Below are positions 18,489-28,640 of a stretch of 32,000 nt of DNA, piece by piece (position 1 is the first letter of the stretch; each line of letters starts with the position of its first letter). This stretch comes from Wigglesworthia glossinidia endosymbiont of Glossina morsitans morsitans (Yale colony). GTDB lineage: Bacteria > Pseudomonadota > Gammaproteobacteria > Enterobacterales > Enterobacteriaceae. The stretch is from the NCBI RefSeq assembly GCF_000247565.1, contig NC_016893.1, positions 540,001-572,000 of the forward strand. The letters run 5' to 3'. The position numbers and the translations under genes are program-made. Under the pieces are notes generated by a model. It was not told the origin of the DNA. It saw nothing but the letters and a program-made list of their open reading frames with translations, and made no database searches.

Positions 18489-19412
18489 TTATAAAGATTT
18501 TATTATTTTTTTAGCACCTTGATTAATTAATTTTTGTACTTGTTTATAACTAAGTTGTTTTGCTTCTGAAATATCAGATTGTCCTTCGCTGCGAATAATT
18601 GTAGATCCATTAACAGAACCTACTATAGTTTTTATCCATATTTGGCTTTTTTGTTTAATTTTTGCATATACTCCTATTGGTATACGGCATCCAATGGCTA
18701 ATTTAGAAATAATTGTTTTTTCTGAATTAACGCATATTGCTGTTTCTTTATCATGTATTAAATTTACAAGATCTAATATTTTATGATCATTTAATCTATA
18801 TTGTACCATAATTGCGCCCTGTCCCATGGCGGGAATCATGTTGGTAAGATTTAGAGGAGTATATAATTTTTTATTAATTTGCAATCTTTTTAAGGCAGCT
18901 ACAGCAAGTATAATTGCATGAAAGTGACCCTGGAATAATTTATTTATTCTACTATGTATGTTACCTCTTAATGGATATACAATAAGATCTGGACGTAAAA
19001 GTAACAATTGAAATTTACGTCTTATGCTAGATGTTCCAATAATAGCTTTTCTTGGCAAAGAATAAATATTCTTATAATACTTACTAACTATTGCATCTCT
19101 TGGATCGCCTCGTTTGCAAATTGCTGCTATTCCTAATTTATTTGAAAGAGGTGAAGTGAAATCTTTCATCGAATGAACTGCAATGTCAGATTGATATTCT
19201 AATAAAGATTTTTCTAATTCATTAATAAATGAACTTTTGTTTTGTATTTGGTTTTGTGTATTTTTTTTAAAAATGTCACCTGATGTTAATAAAGGTAATA
19301 AACTTATGTTTAAATATGGATGGTAGTATAATAATTTTTTTTTTACATGATTTGCTTGCCAAATTGCAAGTGGACTAGTTCGGGTTGCTATTATCAAGCA
19401 GCTATTTTTCAT
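18489..19412 (-). CDS. hemC: Porphobilinogen deaminase (hydroxymethylbilane synthase)
   Basis: 307 aa. IATR.SPLA.WQA..VK.KL, DIAVHSMKD, DPRDA.VS, IGTSS.RR..QL...RPDL....LRGN...R..KL, AIILAVA.LKRL, PA.GQGA and GC..PIG (the cofactor Cys) are present. Confidence 0.93.
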   Translation of the reverse strand: MKNSCLIIATRTSPLAIWQANHVKKKLLYYHPYLNISLLPLLTSGDIFKKNTQNQIQNKSSFINELEKSLLEYQSDIAVHSMKDFTSPLSNKLGIAAICKRGDPRDAIVSKYYKNIYSLPRKAIIGTSSIRRKFQLLLLRPDLIVYPLRGNIHSRINKLFQGHFHAIILAVAALKRLQINKKLYTPLNLTNMIPAMGQGAIMVQYRLNDHKILDLVNLIHDKETAICVNSEKTIISKLAIGCRIPIGVYAKIKQKSQIWIKTIVGSVNGSTIIRSEGQSDISEAKQLSYKQVQKLINQGAKKIIKSL

Positions 19413-19622
19413 ATAAATTTAAATATTTTATTTAAATAGTTTCTTTGAAAGAAATTTTTCTTCATATATAGTAGACTTTATTGTTAAAATTTAAAACATT
19501 GATTTTAAGAGAGTTTTAGTATATTTGAAATAAAGGTGATATTATCAAAAATTAAATTATATATTTTAATATATTATTTAATTTTTTCTTTTTATTTATT
19601 GTATTAATAATTTTTAAATATT

Positions 19623-19635
19623 TAGGGCGCAATTA
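19623..19635 (+). repeat. Copy 2 of the 13-nt direct repeat TAGGGCGCAATTA, with no tRNA body attached
   Basis: It is identical to 17567-17579. The sequence immediately upstream is pure AT with no T arm. It lies between the hemC start and the infA stop. Confidence 0.9.
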
Positions 19636-19657
19636 TACTGCAATTTAATTGTAGAAA

Positions 19658-19876
19658 TTATCGACTACGAAAAATTATTCTTCCTTTAGTGAGATCGTAT
19701 GGGGTTAATTCTACTGTAACTTTATCTCCAGTCAAAATTCTAATATAATTTTTTCTCATTTTTCCTGATATGTGAGCTAAAATTATATGTTTGTTTTCTA
19801 ATTCTACTTTAAACATAGTATTTGGTAAAGTATCTAATACAGTGCCTTGCATTTCAATGTTTTCTTCTTTTGTCAT
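19658..19876 (-). CDS. infA: Translation initiation factor IF-1
   Basis: 72 aa. [25 protein letters not shown]...[37 protein letters not shown] is almost identical to E. coli InfA. Confidence 0.98.
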   Translation of the reverse strand: MTKEENIEMQGTVLDTLPNTMFKVELENKHIILAHISGKMRKNYIRILTGDKVTVELTPYDLTKGRIIFRSR

Positions 19877-20035
19877 ATTTTTATATATTTTTAATATTTG
19901 TTGTAATTTTATTTTATTACAATTTTCATAATTATGAAATGGTCGAACACAATTTAAATAAAATTATTGATTATAATATAAAAAACTTAATTAGATAATT
20001 TATAAAATTTTTTTAGCATAATTAAGATAAAAAAA

Positions 20036-21280
20036 TTATAAGAAATTATTTTTTTTAAAAATTTTTACATTAAATATTTCTTTTTCGATAATTTTTTTTC
20101 TTCTTTCTGTTAATTCATTTTTAATTTTAAACCCAATAAATCCGTCTTGAATAATATTTTCTACTTTAATAGTACTAGCGAGTTTATATATTTTTTTTAA
20201 CAACATTTCTGGTGCGTATAAATGATACTTAAAATTTCCTAAATTACATAAATGGGCTTTATTAATAGCAATTATTTCATTGATTCTATGAGGTTTTCTC
20301 CAAACATCAATATGATTTAAAAATAAAATTATTTTCTTTGGATTCATAAAAAAAATTTTTTTCAAAATGTTGTGGTAACATATAAATATTTTAGATAAAA
20401 TCAAAATTTTTCGTGGAAGTTTTAATCTTGAAAACATACTGTTAAGAAGTATTGAGCTATGTTTCGTTTTATTTTTTTTTATATTATTTTTCAAATTATT
20501 TTGGTTTAATTTTCCAAAATTGTAACATAAAGTTGCAAATCTCACGGCAATATCATCTGATAAACATACAATGATAGACAAAGCTGATAGTGTTTTTTGC
20601 CCTAAATCTTTTCGTATAGGTGGTTTAACAGAATTTGAATTTTGAAATAGATACGAAATTTCTGGAAATATTTTATTTAATGCTCCACATTGAAGTAAAA
20701 CTTTAAAGTATATTTGTGGATTGTAAGATAATAAAGCTTTTTTTGTTTCCAACCAAATTCTTTCTACAGATAAGTCTGATAATTCATGAATCATATCAGA
20801 CATTTTTTTTAATGTTTCTGAAGCAATAAAAAAGTTTAAATGTGCTAAGTATGCTGCAAATCTGGCAACTCTCAATACCCTTAAAGGATCTTCTTGAAAA
20901 GCATTTGATATATGTCTTAAACAACGTAGCTTTAAGTCATTTAATCCTCCATAAGGATCAATTAAATTTCCTTTTTCATCTTTAGCAATTGCATTAACGG
21001 TTAAATCACGTCTTTTTAAATCTTGTTTTAAAGTAATTTTTGGAGAAGTTTGAAAAAAAAATCCTGTGTGACCGCTCCCATGTTTACATTCTGTACGGGC
21101 TAAAGCATGTTCTTCATAATTTTTAGGATGTAAAAAAACTGGAAAAGATTTACCTACTGGTAAGAATCCTAGATTTATCATTTCTTCTGGAGAAGATCCT
21201 ACGACTACCCAGTCTTTTTCTTTAATTGGAATATTTAAAAGACTATCGCGTACTGCTCCGCCGACTAAGTATTTTTTCAT
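20036..21280 (-). CDS. cca: tRNA nucleotidyltransferase (CCA-adding enzyme)
   Basis: 414 aa. MK.YLVGGAVRD.LL..P.K..DWVVVGS.P.EM, FPVFLHP...EE.ALARTE.K.G.G.TGF, DLKRRDLT.NA.A and EDPLRVLRVARFAA..AHL.F are collinear with E. coli Cca. Confidence 0.94.
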   Translation of the reverse strand: MKKYLVGGAVRDSLLNIPIKEKDWVVVGSSPEEMINLGFLPVGKSFPVFLHPKNYEEHALARTECKHGSGHTGFFFQTSPKITLKQDLKRRDLTVNAIAKDEKGNLIDPYGGLNDLKLRCLRHISNAFQEDPLRVLRVARFAAYLAHLNFFIASETLKKMSDMIHELSDLSVERIWLETKKALLSYNPQIYFKVLLQCGALNKIFPEISYLFQNSNSVKPPIRKDLGQKTLSALSIIVCLSDDIAVRFATLCYNFGKLNQNNLKNNIKKNKTKHSSILLNSMFSRLKLPRKILILSKIFICYHNILKKIFFMNPKKIILFLNHIDVWRKPHRINEIIAINKAHLCNLGNFKYHLYAPEMLLKKIYKLASTIKVENIIQDGFIGFKIKNELTERRKKIIEKEIFNVKIFKKNNFL

Positions 21281-21859
21281 ACTTTTAAAAAAATTAAAGT
21301 TTTTATAAAATATTTAAATTTACTATGTCTATATATTTAGTTTGCATTGTTAATTATGTAAAAAGTTTACGAATTATTTATTTTTTTAAACATTTTAATA
21401 ATTAATAAATAGCGTATAAGATGTTTTTAAATGTGAAAAAAAATTTTTTATTTTCAATATATTAAATTATTTAATTTTATATTGCAAACGATAATAATTT
21501 TACTATAAAAATAACACGATTCTATAATATATTTTTTTTAAAAAAATTTTATAATCAAAATTTGATTTTTTTTTAAACATTAAATTTTTATTTAAGAATG
21601 ACACTATTAATGAAATATGTACAAATAATTATCATAGAAAATGATATTTTTTGATTTAAATAGTTAATTGTATTGAAAATTAATTAATTTCAGGGTATAT
21701 TCTATTACTATAAATATAATATACTTAATATCTTATATCAAAGTTAAATAGTAATATGATAAAACATTTTAAAAATGCTTATTTATAGTGTTATTGATAA
21801 CAATTTTTAAGTATAACATAATTTAAGTTACTTATTTCATCTCGATGGAGTTATATATA

Positions 21860-22504
21860 ATGCATAACAAATTTTTATATAAATTTGGATCACCAAAAGA
21901 ACGAGTTGAAAATGCATTAAATGCTTTAAAAAATGGACAAGGAATATTAGTTTTAGATGATGAAAATAGAGAAAATGAAGGTGACATGATTTTTGCTGCA
22001 GAAAATATGACTTTGGCACAAATGGCTTTAGCGATTCGCTTTGGAAGTGGTATTATTTGCATATGTTTAACTAAAGAAAAATGTAAAAAATTAAATCTGC
22101 CTATGATGGTGCAAAAAAATAACAGTAAATATCAAACTGCATTTACAGTTAGCATTGAATCAGCATTTGGAATTACTACTGGAGTATCTGCACATGATAG
22201 GCTAACTACTATTAAAACTGCTATTCAAGATAATGCTAAACCTACAGATTTAAATCGTCCAGGACACGTATTTCCTTTGCAAGCTAAATCTGGAGGAGTT
22301 TTATGTCGTGCAGGACATACCGAAGCTGCTATAGATTTAACAAAATTAGCTGGATTAAAACCTGCTGGAGTAATATGTGAAGTCATGAATGATGATGGAT
22401 CTATGGCGCGCATGCCAGAAATATTAAAATTTTCTTATAAAAATAAAATGCCGGTTTTAATTATGCAAGATATTATTAATTACCGACTTGCATTAAAGCC
22501 ATAA
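21860..22504 (+). CDS. ribB: 3,4-dihydroxy-2-butanone 4-phosphate synthase
   Basis: [86 protein letters not shown] matches E. coli RibB. I prefer the ATG at 21860 ([12 protein letters not shown], with GGAG 9 nt upstream) over the ATG at 21845 used by the ORF track. Confidence 0.94.
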   Translation: MHNKFLYKFGSPKERVENALNALKNGQGILVLDDENRENEGDMIFAAENMTLAQMALAIRFGSGIICICLTKEKCKKLNLPMMVQKNNSKYQTAFTVSIESAFGITTGVSAHDRLTTIKTAIQDNAKPTDLNRPGHVFPLQAKSGGVLCRAGHTEAAIDLTKLAGLKPAGVICEVMNDDGSMARMPEILKFSYKNKMPVLIMQDIINYRLALKP

Positions 22505-22604
22505 AATTGTTTTATTAATTAATTATTTTTAAATAAATAAGTAATTTTTTATTAAATTAAATGCATTTTATTTTAAAAAAAAATGTCTTAAATAATTGAA
22601 AATA

Positions 22605-23654
22605 TTATCTATTATGTATTTTTAAAAAGTTATATAAGTTTTTCAAAAAATAACATGTATCATCCCAACTTATACAAGGATCTGTTAACGATATACCGTA
22701 TTTAATTTTGTTTTTTGGTAGTTTCCATATTTGATTTCCAGAATTGATATGACTTTCTAACATTAATCCGATAATTGATCGATTATGTATAGATAAATAT
22801 CTTAAAATTGATTCTGCAACTTGAATTTGTTTCTTTTCATTTTTTTCAGAATTTCCATGATTGCAATCAATCATAATTGCTTCAGGAAGAGAAAAATTTT
22901 GCATTTGTTTTTTGCAATCATAAATATTGTGTTGAAAATAATTAGGAAAATTTCCGCCTCTTAAAATAATATGACTATTTATATTTCCTGAACTATTTAT
23001 AATACAAATATTTCCATCTTGATTAATTCCAACAAAATTATGTGCTTCAGAAGCAGTTAAAATTGCATGACATGCATTTTTTATGCTGCCGTCTAAGCTA
23101 TTTTTGAAACCTATCGGATTCATCAAATAAGAAGCGATTTCTCTATGTATCTGAGAACTAACAGTACGTGCTCCAATTGCAGACCAGCTAATTAAATCAT
23201 TAAAATAATAAGCAAATAATGGATTTAATATTTCTGTAGCAATTGGTTGTTTAATTTTAGTTAATTGAATATATAAATTTCGAACTTTTATTAATCCTAA
23301 TGTTATATTGGATTTTCCATTTAAATTTGGATCATAAATAAATCCTTTCCATCCTAATGAAGTACGAGGTTTTTCGTAATAAACTCGCATAATAATATAT
23401 AAATGATTGATAAATTTTATTGATAATTCTTTTAATCTAATTGCATAATCTATAGATGTATGTATATCGTGAATAGAACATGGCCCGCAAACTATCAAAA
23501 ATCTTGGATCCTTATTATATATAATATCAGAAATAATTTTTCTAGATTTTAGAATAAATTTTTTTTCTTTTGCATTGATGGGATATTTTTCTTTTAATTT
23601 TTTAGGAGTGATAAATAATTTTGTTTCATGAAAATTTATATTTTTATTTTGCAT
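22605..23654 (-). CDS. aroH: Class I (AroAI-alpha) 3-deoxy-D-arabino-heptulosonate-7-phosphate synthase
   Basis: 349 aa. GPCSIHD, MR.Y.EKPRT..GWKG.I.DP.LNG, ISW.AIGART..SQ.HRE.AS, P.GFKN..DG, IILRGG..PNY, D..HGNS.K and LT.PC..W..T are present. The assignment to aroH rather than aroF or aroG is a guess based on what other endosymbionts retain, not on sequence discrimination. Confidence 0.85.
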   Translation of the reverse strand: MQNKNINFHETKLFITPKKLKEKYPINAKEKKFILKSRKIISDIIYNKDPRFLIVCGPCSIHDIHTSIDYAIRLKELSIKFINHLYIIMRVYYEKPRTSLGWKGFIYDPNLNGKSNITLGLIKVRNLYIQLTKIKQPIATEILNPLFAYYFNDLISWSAIGARTVSSQIHREIASYLMNPIGFKNSLDGSIKNACHAILTASEAHNFVGINQDGNICIINSSGNINSHIILRGGNFPNYFQHNIYDCKKQMQNFSLPEAIMIDCNHGNSEKNEKKQIQVAESILRYLSIHNRSIIGLMLESHINSGNQIWKLPKNKIKYGISLTDPCISWDDTCYFLKNLYNFLKIHNR

Positions 23655-23889
23655 TTAATTAAGAATATTTTTATAAAATATTTAAAAAAACAGTATTTTT
23701 ATATTATATAAATAAATATAATTTTTACAATTTAATTTATTAAAATTAATACATTTAATATGTTTTTAATATAGTAAAATAAAATGTTTATAAATATGAA
23801 TAATAACTATTTTTATTATAAAAATTTATTAGTATATTAAATATAATAATTTATATAAAAATATATTTCTTCATTATTTGGAAATTTAA

Positions 23890-24891
23890 ATGGTAATTGA
23901 AAATAGCAAAAAAAAAGCATTAGATTTAGCTATGTATCAAATTGAGAAACAATTTGGACATGGTTCTATTATGCGTTTGGGTGAAGATAGATCCATGGAT
24001 ATAGAAACTATTTCTACAGGTTCTTTATCATTAGACATCGCATTAGGAGCCGGAGGTTTACCGATGGGACGCATTGTTGAAATTTATGGACCTGAATCTT
24101 CTGGAAAAACTACATTAACTTTAACAATTATTGCTGAAGCACAAAAAAAAGGAAAAATATGTGCTTTCATTGATGCAGAACACGCATTAGATCCAAATTA
24201 TGCAAAATCATTAGGTGTAGATATTAATAATCTTTTATGTTCTCAACCAGATACAGGAGAACAAGCATTAGAAATTTGTGATGTTTTAACTAAATCAGGT
24301 GCAGTTGACTTAATTATAGTAGATTCTGTTGCAGCTTTAACTCCAAAAGCTGAAATAGATGGCGAAATAGGTGATTTACATATAGGTTTAGCAGCAAGAA
24401 TGATGAGTCAAGCTATGCGTAAGCTTGCAAGAAATTTAAAAAATGCCAATACTTTATTAATTTTTATTAATCAAATTCGTTTAAAAATTGGAGTGATTTT
24501 TGGAAATCCAGAAGTTACAACAGGTGGTAACGCTCTTAAATTTTATGCTTCAATAAGATTAGATATTCGACGTATTGGTTCTATTAAAGATGGAGATCAT
24601 GTCATAGGAAGTGATACACGCGTAAAGGTAGTAAAAAACAAAATTGCTGTGCCTTTCAAACAAGCAGAATTTCAAATTTTATATGGACGTGGAATTAATA
24701 CTGAAGGAGAAATTTTAAATTTAGGCGTGACATATAATATAATTGAAAAATTAGGATCTTGGTATAGTTATAATAAAACAAAAATTGGCCAAGGAAAAAA
24801 TAATGTATATAAATTTTTTAAATTGAATAAAAATATTTCAAAAGAAATAAAAAAAGCAATAAAAGAAAAAAGCATAAAAATAAATAATTAA
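23890..24891 (+). CDS. recA: Recombinase RecA (short form lacking the acidic C-terminal tail)
   Basis: 333 aa. [74 protein letters not shown] and [17 protein letters not shown] are near-identical to E. coli RecA through about residue 330. Confidence 0.97.
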   Translation: MVIENSKKKALDLAMYQIEKQFGHGSIMRLGEDRSMDIETISTGSLSLDIALGAGGLPMGRIVEIYGPESSGKTTLTLTIIAEAQKKGKICAFIDAEHALDPNYAKSLGVDINNLLCSQPDTGEQALEICDVLTKSGAVDLIIVDSVAALTPKAEIDGEIGDLHIGLAARMMSQAMRKLARNLKNANTLLIFINQIRLKIGVIFGNPEVTTGGNALKFYASIRLDIRRIGSIKDGDHVIGSDTRVKVVKNKIAVPFKQAEFQILYGRGINTEGEILNLGVTYNIIEKLGSWYSYNKTKIGQGKNNVYKFFKLNKNISKEIKKAIKEKSIKINN

Positions 24892-24929
24892 AGCGTAATT
24901 AAAAAAAAGCGAACTAAAATGTGTAAAAA

Positions 24930-27545
24930 ATGAAAAATACTCCTGAAATTCGTAAAATTTTTTTAAATTTTTTTTCTAAAAAAAATCATAAAATTCTTGA
25001 TAGCAGTAGTTTAATCGCAGAGGATGATAAAACTTTATTATTTACTAACTCTGGAATGCATCAATTTAAAAATATTTTTCTCGGTTTAGAAAAAATACAA
25101 CATCCATGTATTGCTACAGCACAACGTTGCATGCGAGCGGGTGGAAAACATAATGATTTAGATGTAGTTGGAAAAACTGGAATTCATCATACTTTTTTTG
25201 AAATGTTAGGTAATTTTAGTTTTGGTGCATATTCAAAAGTAGAAGCGATTCAATTTGCATGGGAACTACTTACTGACAAAAAGTGGTTTAATCTACCAAA
25301 AGAAAAATTGTTAGTAACAGTATATTATAAAGACATAATTTCTTATGATATTTGGATTAATAAAACAAACATTAATCCTAATCATGTTATATTTATCAAA
25401 GATAAAAACAACAAACCGTATCATTCAGATAATTTTTGGACTATGGGAGATTTTGGGCCTTGCGGTCCATGTTCAGAAATTTTTTATTGTTTTAACAAAA
25501 TTTATACAGTAAACGATACATTTTTAAAAAATCATTGTATTGAAATCTGGAATTTAGTATTTATGCAATTTAACTTGCAAGTTAACGGAGAATTATCGAA
25601 ATTGCCTAAATTTGCTATTGATACAGGAATGGGATTAGAACGCATTTCTTCTGTATTGCAAAAAGTAAATTCCAACTATGATATAGATTTATTTCAAAAA
25701 ATTATTAAATCAATCTTTACAATTATTAAAATTAAGAATTTAGATTTAATATCTTACAGGATTATTGCAGATCATATTCGTGCTACTGTATTTTTAATTT
25801 ATGATAATGTTTTGCCATCAAATTCCGGTAGAGGATACGTGTTAAGAAAAATTATGCGTCGCGCTATTTTACATGGAAATATGAATTTAAAAGAAAATTA
25901 TTTTTTTTATAAACTTGTTATTCCAGTAATACAAATTATGTCTTACATAGATATAAAATTGAAAGAGAAACAAAATTATATTAAAAAAATTGTCAAATCA
26001 GAAGAAAAGCTTTTTTTATGTTCTGTAAAAACAGGTATGCAATTTCTTAATCAAGAGCTTATTAAAATTCAAAATAATACTTTATCAGGAAAAATTATTT
26101 TTAAAATATATGATACTTATGGAATTCCTTTAAATTTAATACAAGATATTTGTCGAAAAAAAAATATTTTTTTTGATCAATCCGGATTTAGCATTGCTAT
26201 GCAGATACAAAAAAATAGATCACAAAAAAGTAGTTATTTTAAAAATATTAAACATTACATATCAAATAATAATGAAACTGTTTTTTGTGGTTATTCTGAT
26301 ATAATTTGTACGACAAAAATTATCGCAATATATAATGAAAAAACATGCATAAAACAAATACAAGCTGATCAAGAAGGGATAATTATTTTAGATAAAACTC
26401 CATTTTACGCTGAATCTGGAGGACAAATTGGAGATTCTGGATTGTTGAAATCTTCTAATGGTACATTTAACGTAATAGATACAAAAAAAAATGGAAATGT
26501 CTTTATACATATTGGAAAAATGATATATGGTAAATTTGATATTGGAGACATAGTTGCTGCATCAATTGATCAAGAAAAAAGATTATCTATTACTTTAAAT
26601 CATTCTGCCATACATTTACTACATACTACTTTACATCGTATTTTAGGCAATACTGCTATGCAAAGAGGATCTTTAGTTAAAGAAAATTATTTAAGTTTAG
26701 ATTTTACCTACTACGAAAAAATGAACACAGAAAAAATACATAATATTGAAGATATGGTAAACGTACAAATTCGTAAAAATTTAACAATTCGTATAAATCA
26801 CATGTCATTAAATGATGCATTAAAAATAGGCGCAATTGCTTTATTTAAAAAAAATTATTGTTCTCAGGTACGTGTCATAAAAATAGGTAATTTTTCAAAT
26901 GAATTATGCGGAGGCACTCATGTTCAAAAAACAGGTGAAATTGGCTGTTTTATCATTGTTTCTGAAAAAAAAATTGCTTCAGGAGTACATCGTATTAAAG
27001 CTGTAACAGGAAAATATGCTATACAGTTTTTACAAAAAAAATTTGATCTTTTGAACTCAATTCAAGAATTAATGCAAAGTGATGCTTCAAATTTATTTGA
27101 AAAAATCAAACAAATGCAAAATAATCTGAAATCTCAAAGAAAAAAAATTTTTGAGTTTAATAATATAAAAATTAAAAATTGTATACTTGATATTCGTAAA
27201 AATATTAAAGTTGTTAACGAAACAAAAATTATTATTGATTTTATCAAAATTTCTTTGGATGCATCTATGTTGCGTTTAATTTTGAATAAATTGAAAGAAA
27301 ATTTGAAAAATAGTATTATTGTTTTAGCTATTATAAATAAAAATCAAGTAAAAATCGCAGTAAGTGTCGCTAAAGAAACATCTAGAAATATACAAGCAAG
27401 TGATATTATAGATTATTTTAAAAAATTCAATACTATAAAAGGCGGCGGAAACGCATATTTTGCTGAAGCAAGCGGAATTTTAAATCCAATAGATTTACAA
27501 TCTACATTTAAAAAAATATTTGTGATATTATCAAAAAAACTTTAG
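24930..27545 (+). CDS. alaS: Alanyl-tRNA synthetase
   Basis: 871 aa. EIR..FL.FF..K.H....SSSL, TLLFTN.GM.QFK..FLG, QRC.RAGGKHNDL..VG....HHTFFEMLGNFSFG, WTMGD.GPCGPC.EIF, DTGMGLERI..VLQ.VNSNYDIDLF, the editing-domain HSA.HL.H and CGGTH are present. Confidence 0.96.
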   Translation: MKNTPEIRKIFLNFFSKKNHKILDSSSLIAEDDKTLLFTNSGMHQFKNIFLGLEKIQHPCIATAQRCMRAGGKHNDLDVVGKTGIHHTFFEMLGNFSFGAYSKVEAIQFAWELLTDKKWFNLPKEKLLVTVYYKDIISYDIWINKTNINPNHVIFIKDKNNKPYHSDNFWTMGDFGPCGPCSEIFYCFNKIYTVNDTFLKNHCIEIWNLVFMQFNLQVNGELSKLPKFAIDTGMGLERISSVLQKVNSNYDIDLFQKIIKSIFTIIKIKNLDLISYRIIADHIRATVFLIYDNVLPSNSGRGYVLRKIMRRAILHGNMNLKENYFFYKLVIPVIQIMSYIDIKLKEKQNYIKKIVKSEEKLFLCSVKTGMQFLNQELIKIQNNTLSGKIIFKIYDTYGIPLNLIQDICRKKNIFFDQSGFSIAMQIQKNRSQKSSYFKNIKHYISNNNETVFCGYSDIICTTKIIAIYNEKTCIKQIQADQEGIIILDKTPFYAESGGQIGDSGLLKSSNGTFNVIDTKKNGNVFIHIGKMIYGKFDIGDIVAASIDQEKRLSITLNHSAIHLLHTTLHRILGNTAMQRGSLVKENYLSLDFTYYEKMNTEKIHNIEDMVNVQIRKNLTIRINHMSLNDALKIGAIALFKKNYCSQVRVIKIGNFSNELCGGTHVQKTGEIGCFIIVSEKKIASGVHRIKAVTGKYAIQFLQKKFDLLNSIQELMQSDASNLFEKIKQMQNNLKSQRKKIFEFNNIKIKNCILDIRKNIKVVNETKIIIDFIKISLDASMLRLILNKLKENLKNSIIVLAIINKNQVKIAVSVAKETSRNIQASDIIDYFKKFNTIKGGGNAYFAEASGILNPIDLQSTFKKIFVILSKKL

Positions 27546-27584
27546 TATTTAATAGATAAAACATAATTTATTATTAATTTCAAT

Positions 27585-27672
27585 GGTGAGGTGGCCGAGA
27601 GGTTGAAGGCGCTCCCCTGCTAAGGGAGTATATAATAAAACTATATCGAGGGTTCGAATCCCTCTCTCACCG
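27585..27672 (+). tRNA. serV: tRNA-Ser, anticodon GCU (serV-like), long variable arm, no encoded 3' CCA
   Basis: Hand-folded. The acceptor stem is GGTGAGG/TCTCACC. The 5' half, GGTGAGGTGGCCGAGAGGTTGAAGGCGCTCCCCTGCTAAGGGAG, is nearly identical to E. coli serV. The anticodon loop is CU-GCU-AA and the variable arm is AT-rich. The T arm is GAGGG-TTCGAAT-CCCTC and the discriminator is G, followed by ATT. Confidence 0.93.
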
Positions 27673-27679
27673 ATTTTTT

Positions 27680-27753
27680 GCATCCGTAGCTCAGTTGGAT
27701 AGAGCACTCGGCTACGAACCGAGAGGTCAGGGGTTCAAATCCTCTCGGATGCA
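27680..27753 (+). tRNA. argV: tRNA-Arg, anticodon ACG (argV-like), no encoded 3' CCA
   Basis: GCATCCGTAGCTCAGTTGGATAGAGCACTCGGCTACGAACCGAG... closely matches E. coli tRNA-Arg(ACG). The anticodon loop is CU-ACG-AA and the acceptor stem is GCATCCG/CGGATGC. The discriminator is A, followed by TTA. It lies 7 nt after tRNA-Ser, matching the E. coli serV-argV order. Confidence 0.94.
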
Positions 27754-28044
27754 TTATAAAATTAGTGTTATAGTTTGAATTATAAAAATTCATTTACACA
27801 TATTGCTAAATTTTTAAAAAATTTTATTTCTTAAAAATTCATGATTATACATATTAAAAATAAATCATATAAAATTAAATAATTTATGTCATATCATATA
27901 AATCATAAAATTTTTCAAATTTAATTTAATAAAATTATTTTATATATTAATTAATAACAAAATTAAAATATATTAACATAATCAAACTAATTAGTGATAT
28001 TAATATATATACAGTTAATTTTTAAATTTTTAAGAGATATAACT

Positions 28045-28521
28045 ATGAATCATATTCCAATGACTTTAAATGGAGCAAAAAAATTACGCGAAGAATTAAA
28101 ATATTTAAAACAAATACGACGTCCAGAGATAATTAAAGCTATTGCAGAAGCGCGACAATATGGAGATTTAAAAGAAAATGCAGAATATCATTCAGCAAAA
28201 GAGCAACAATATTTTTGTGAAGGAAGAATTCAAGAAATTGAAGCTAAATTAATTAATTCAAATATCATTGATATTAAAAAAATTCCCGTACAAGATCGTG
28301 TAGTTTTCGGAGTAACTATCAGTATAAAAAACTTGCATACTTCTGAAAAAAAAACGTATAAAATAGTCGGCGATGATGAAGCTGATTTTAAATATAACTT
28401 AATTTCTGTAAATTCACCTTTAGCACGTAGTTTAATTGGAAAAAAAACTCTAGATATCGTGGATGTATATACTCCTCGAGGAATAACAACGTACAAAATA
28501 TTGGATATAAAATATTTATAA
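28045..28521 (+). CDS. greA: Transcript cleavage factor GreA
   Basis: 158 aa from the ATG at 28045 ([59 protein letters not shown]; [23 protein letters not shown]). Length and N-terminus match E. coli GreA. The GTG at 27994 in the ORF track would add 17 unsupported residues. Confidence 0.95.
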   Translation: MNHIPMTLNGAKKLREELKYLKQIRRPEIIKAIAEARQYGDLKENAEYHSAKEQQYFCEGRIQEIEAKLINSNIIDIKKIPVQDRVVFGVTISIKNLHTSEKKTYKIVGDDEADFKYNLISVNSPLARSLIGKKTLDIVDVYTPRGITTYKILDIKYL

Positions 28522-28640
28522 GTTAGCCTTTTAATTATTTTATGATAATGATAAAATTAAAATAAATTAAATCGTTTTATTATAGTAAGATAACTTTTCA
28601 ATAAACTTAATTTATTTTTTTTAAATAGGAAATATACAGT

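Noticed and set aside
21832-22062. Two minus-strand ORFs (76 and 60 aa) overlapping the ribB 5' end
   Set aside because: They are antisense to the highly conserved RibB N-terminus (ERVENAL...[12 protein letters not shown]) and have no supporting features.
23655-23889. A LexA/SOS box upstream of recA
   Set aside because: I searched by eye for CTGT-N8-ACAG. Only a lone ACAGTA (about 23688) is present, with no CTGT partner.
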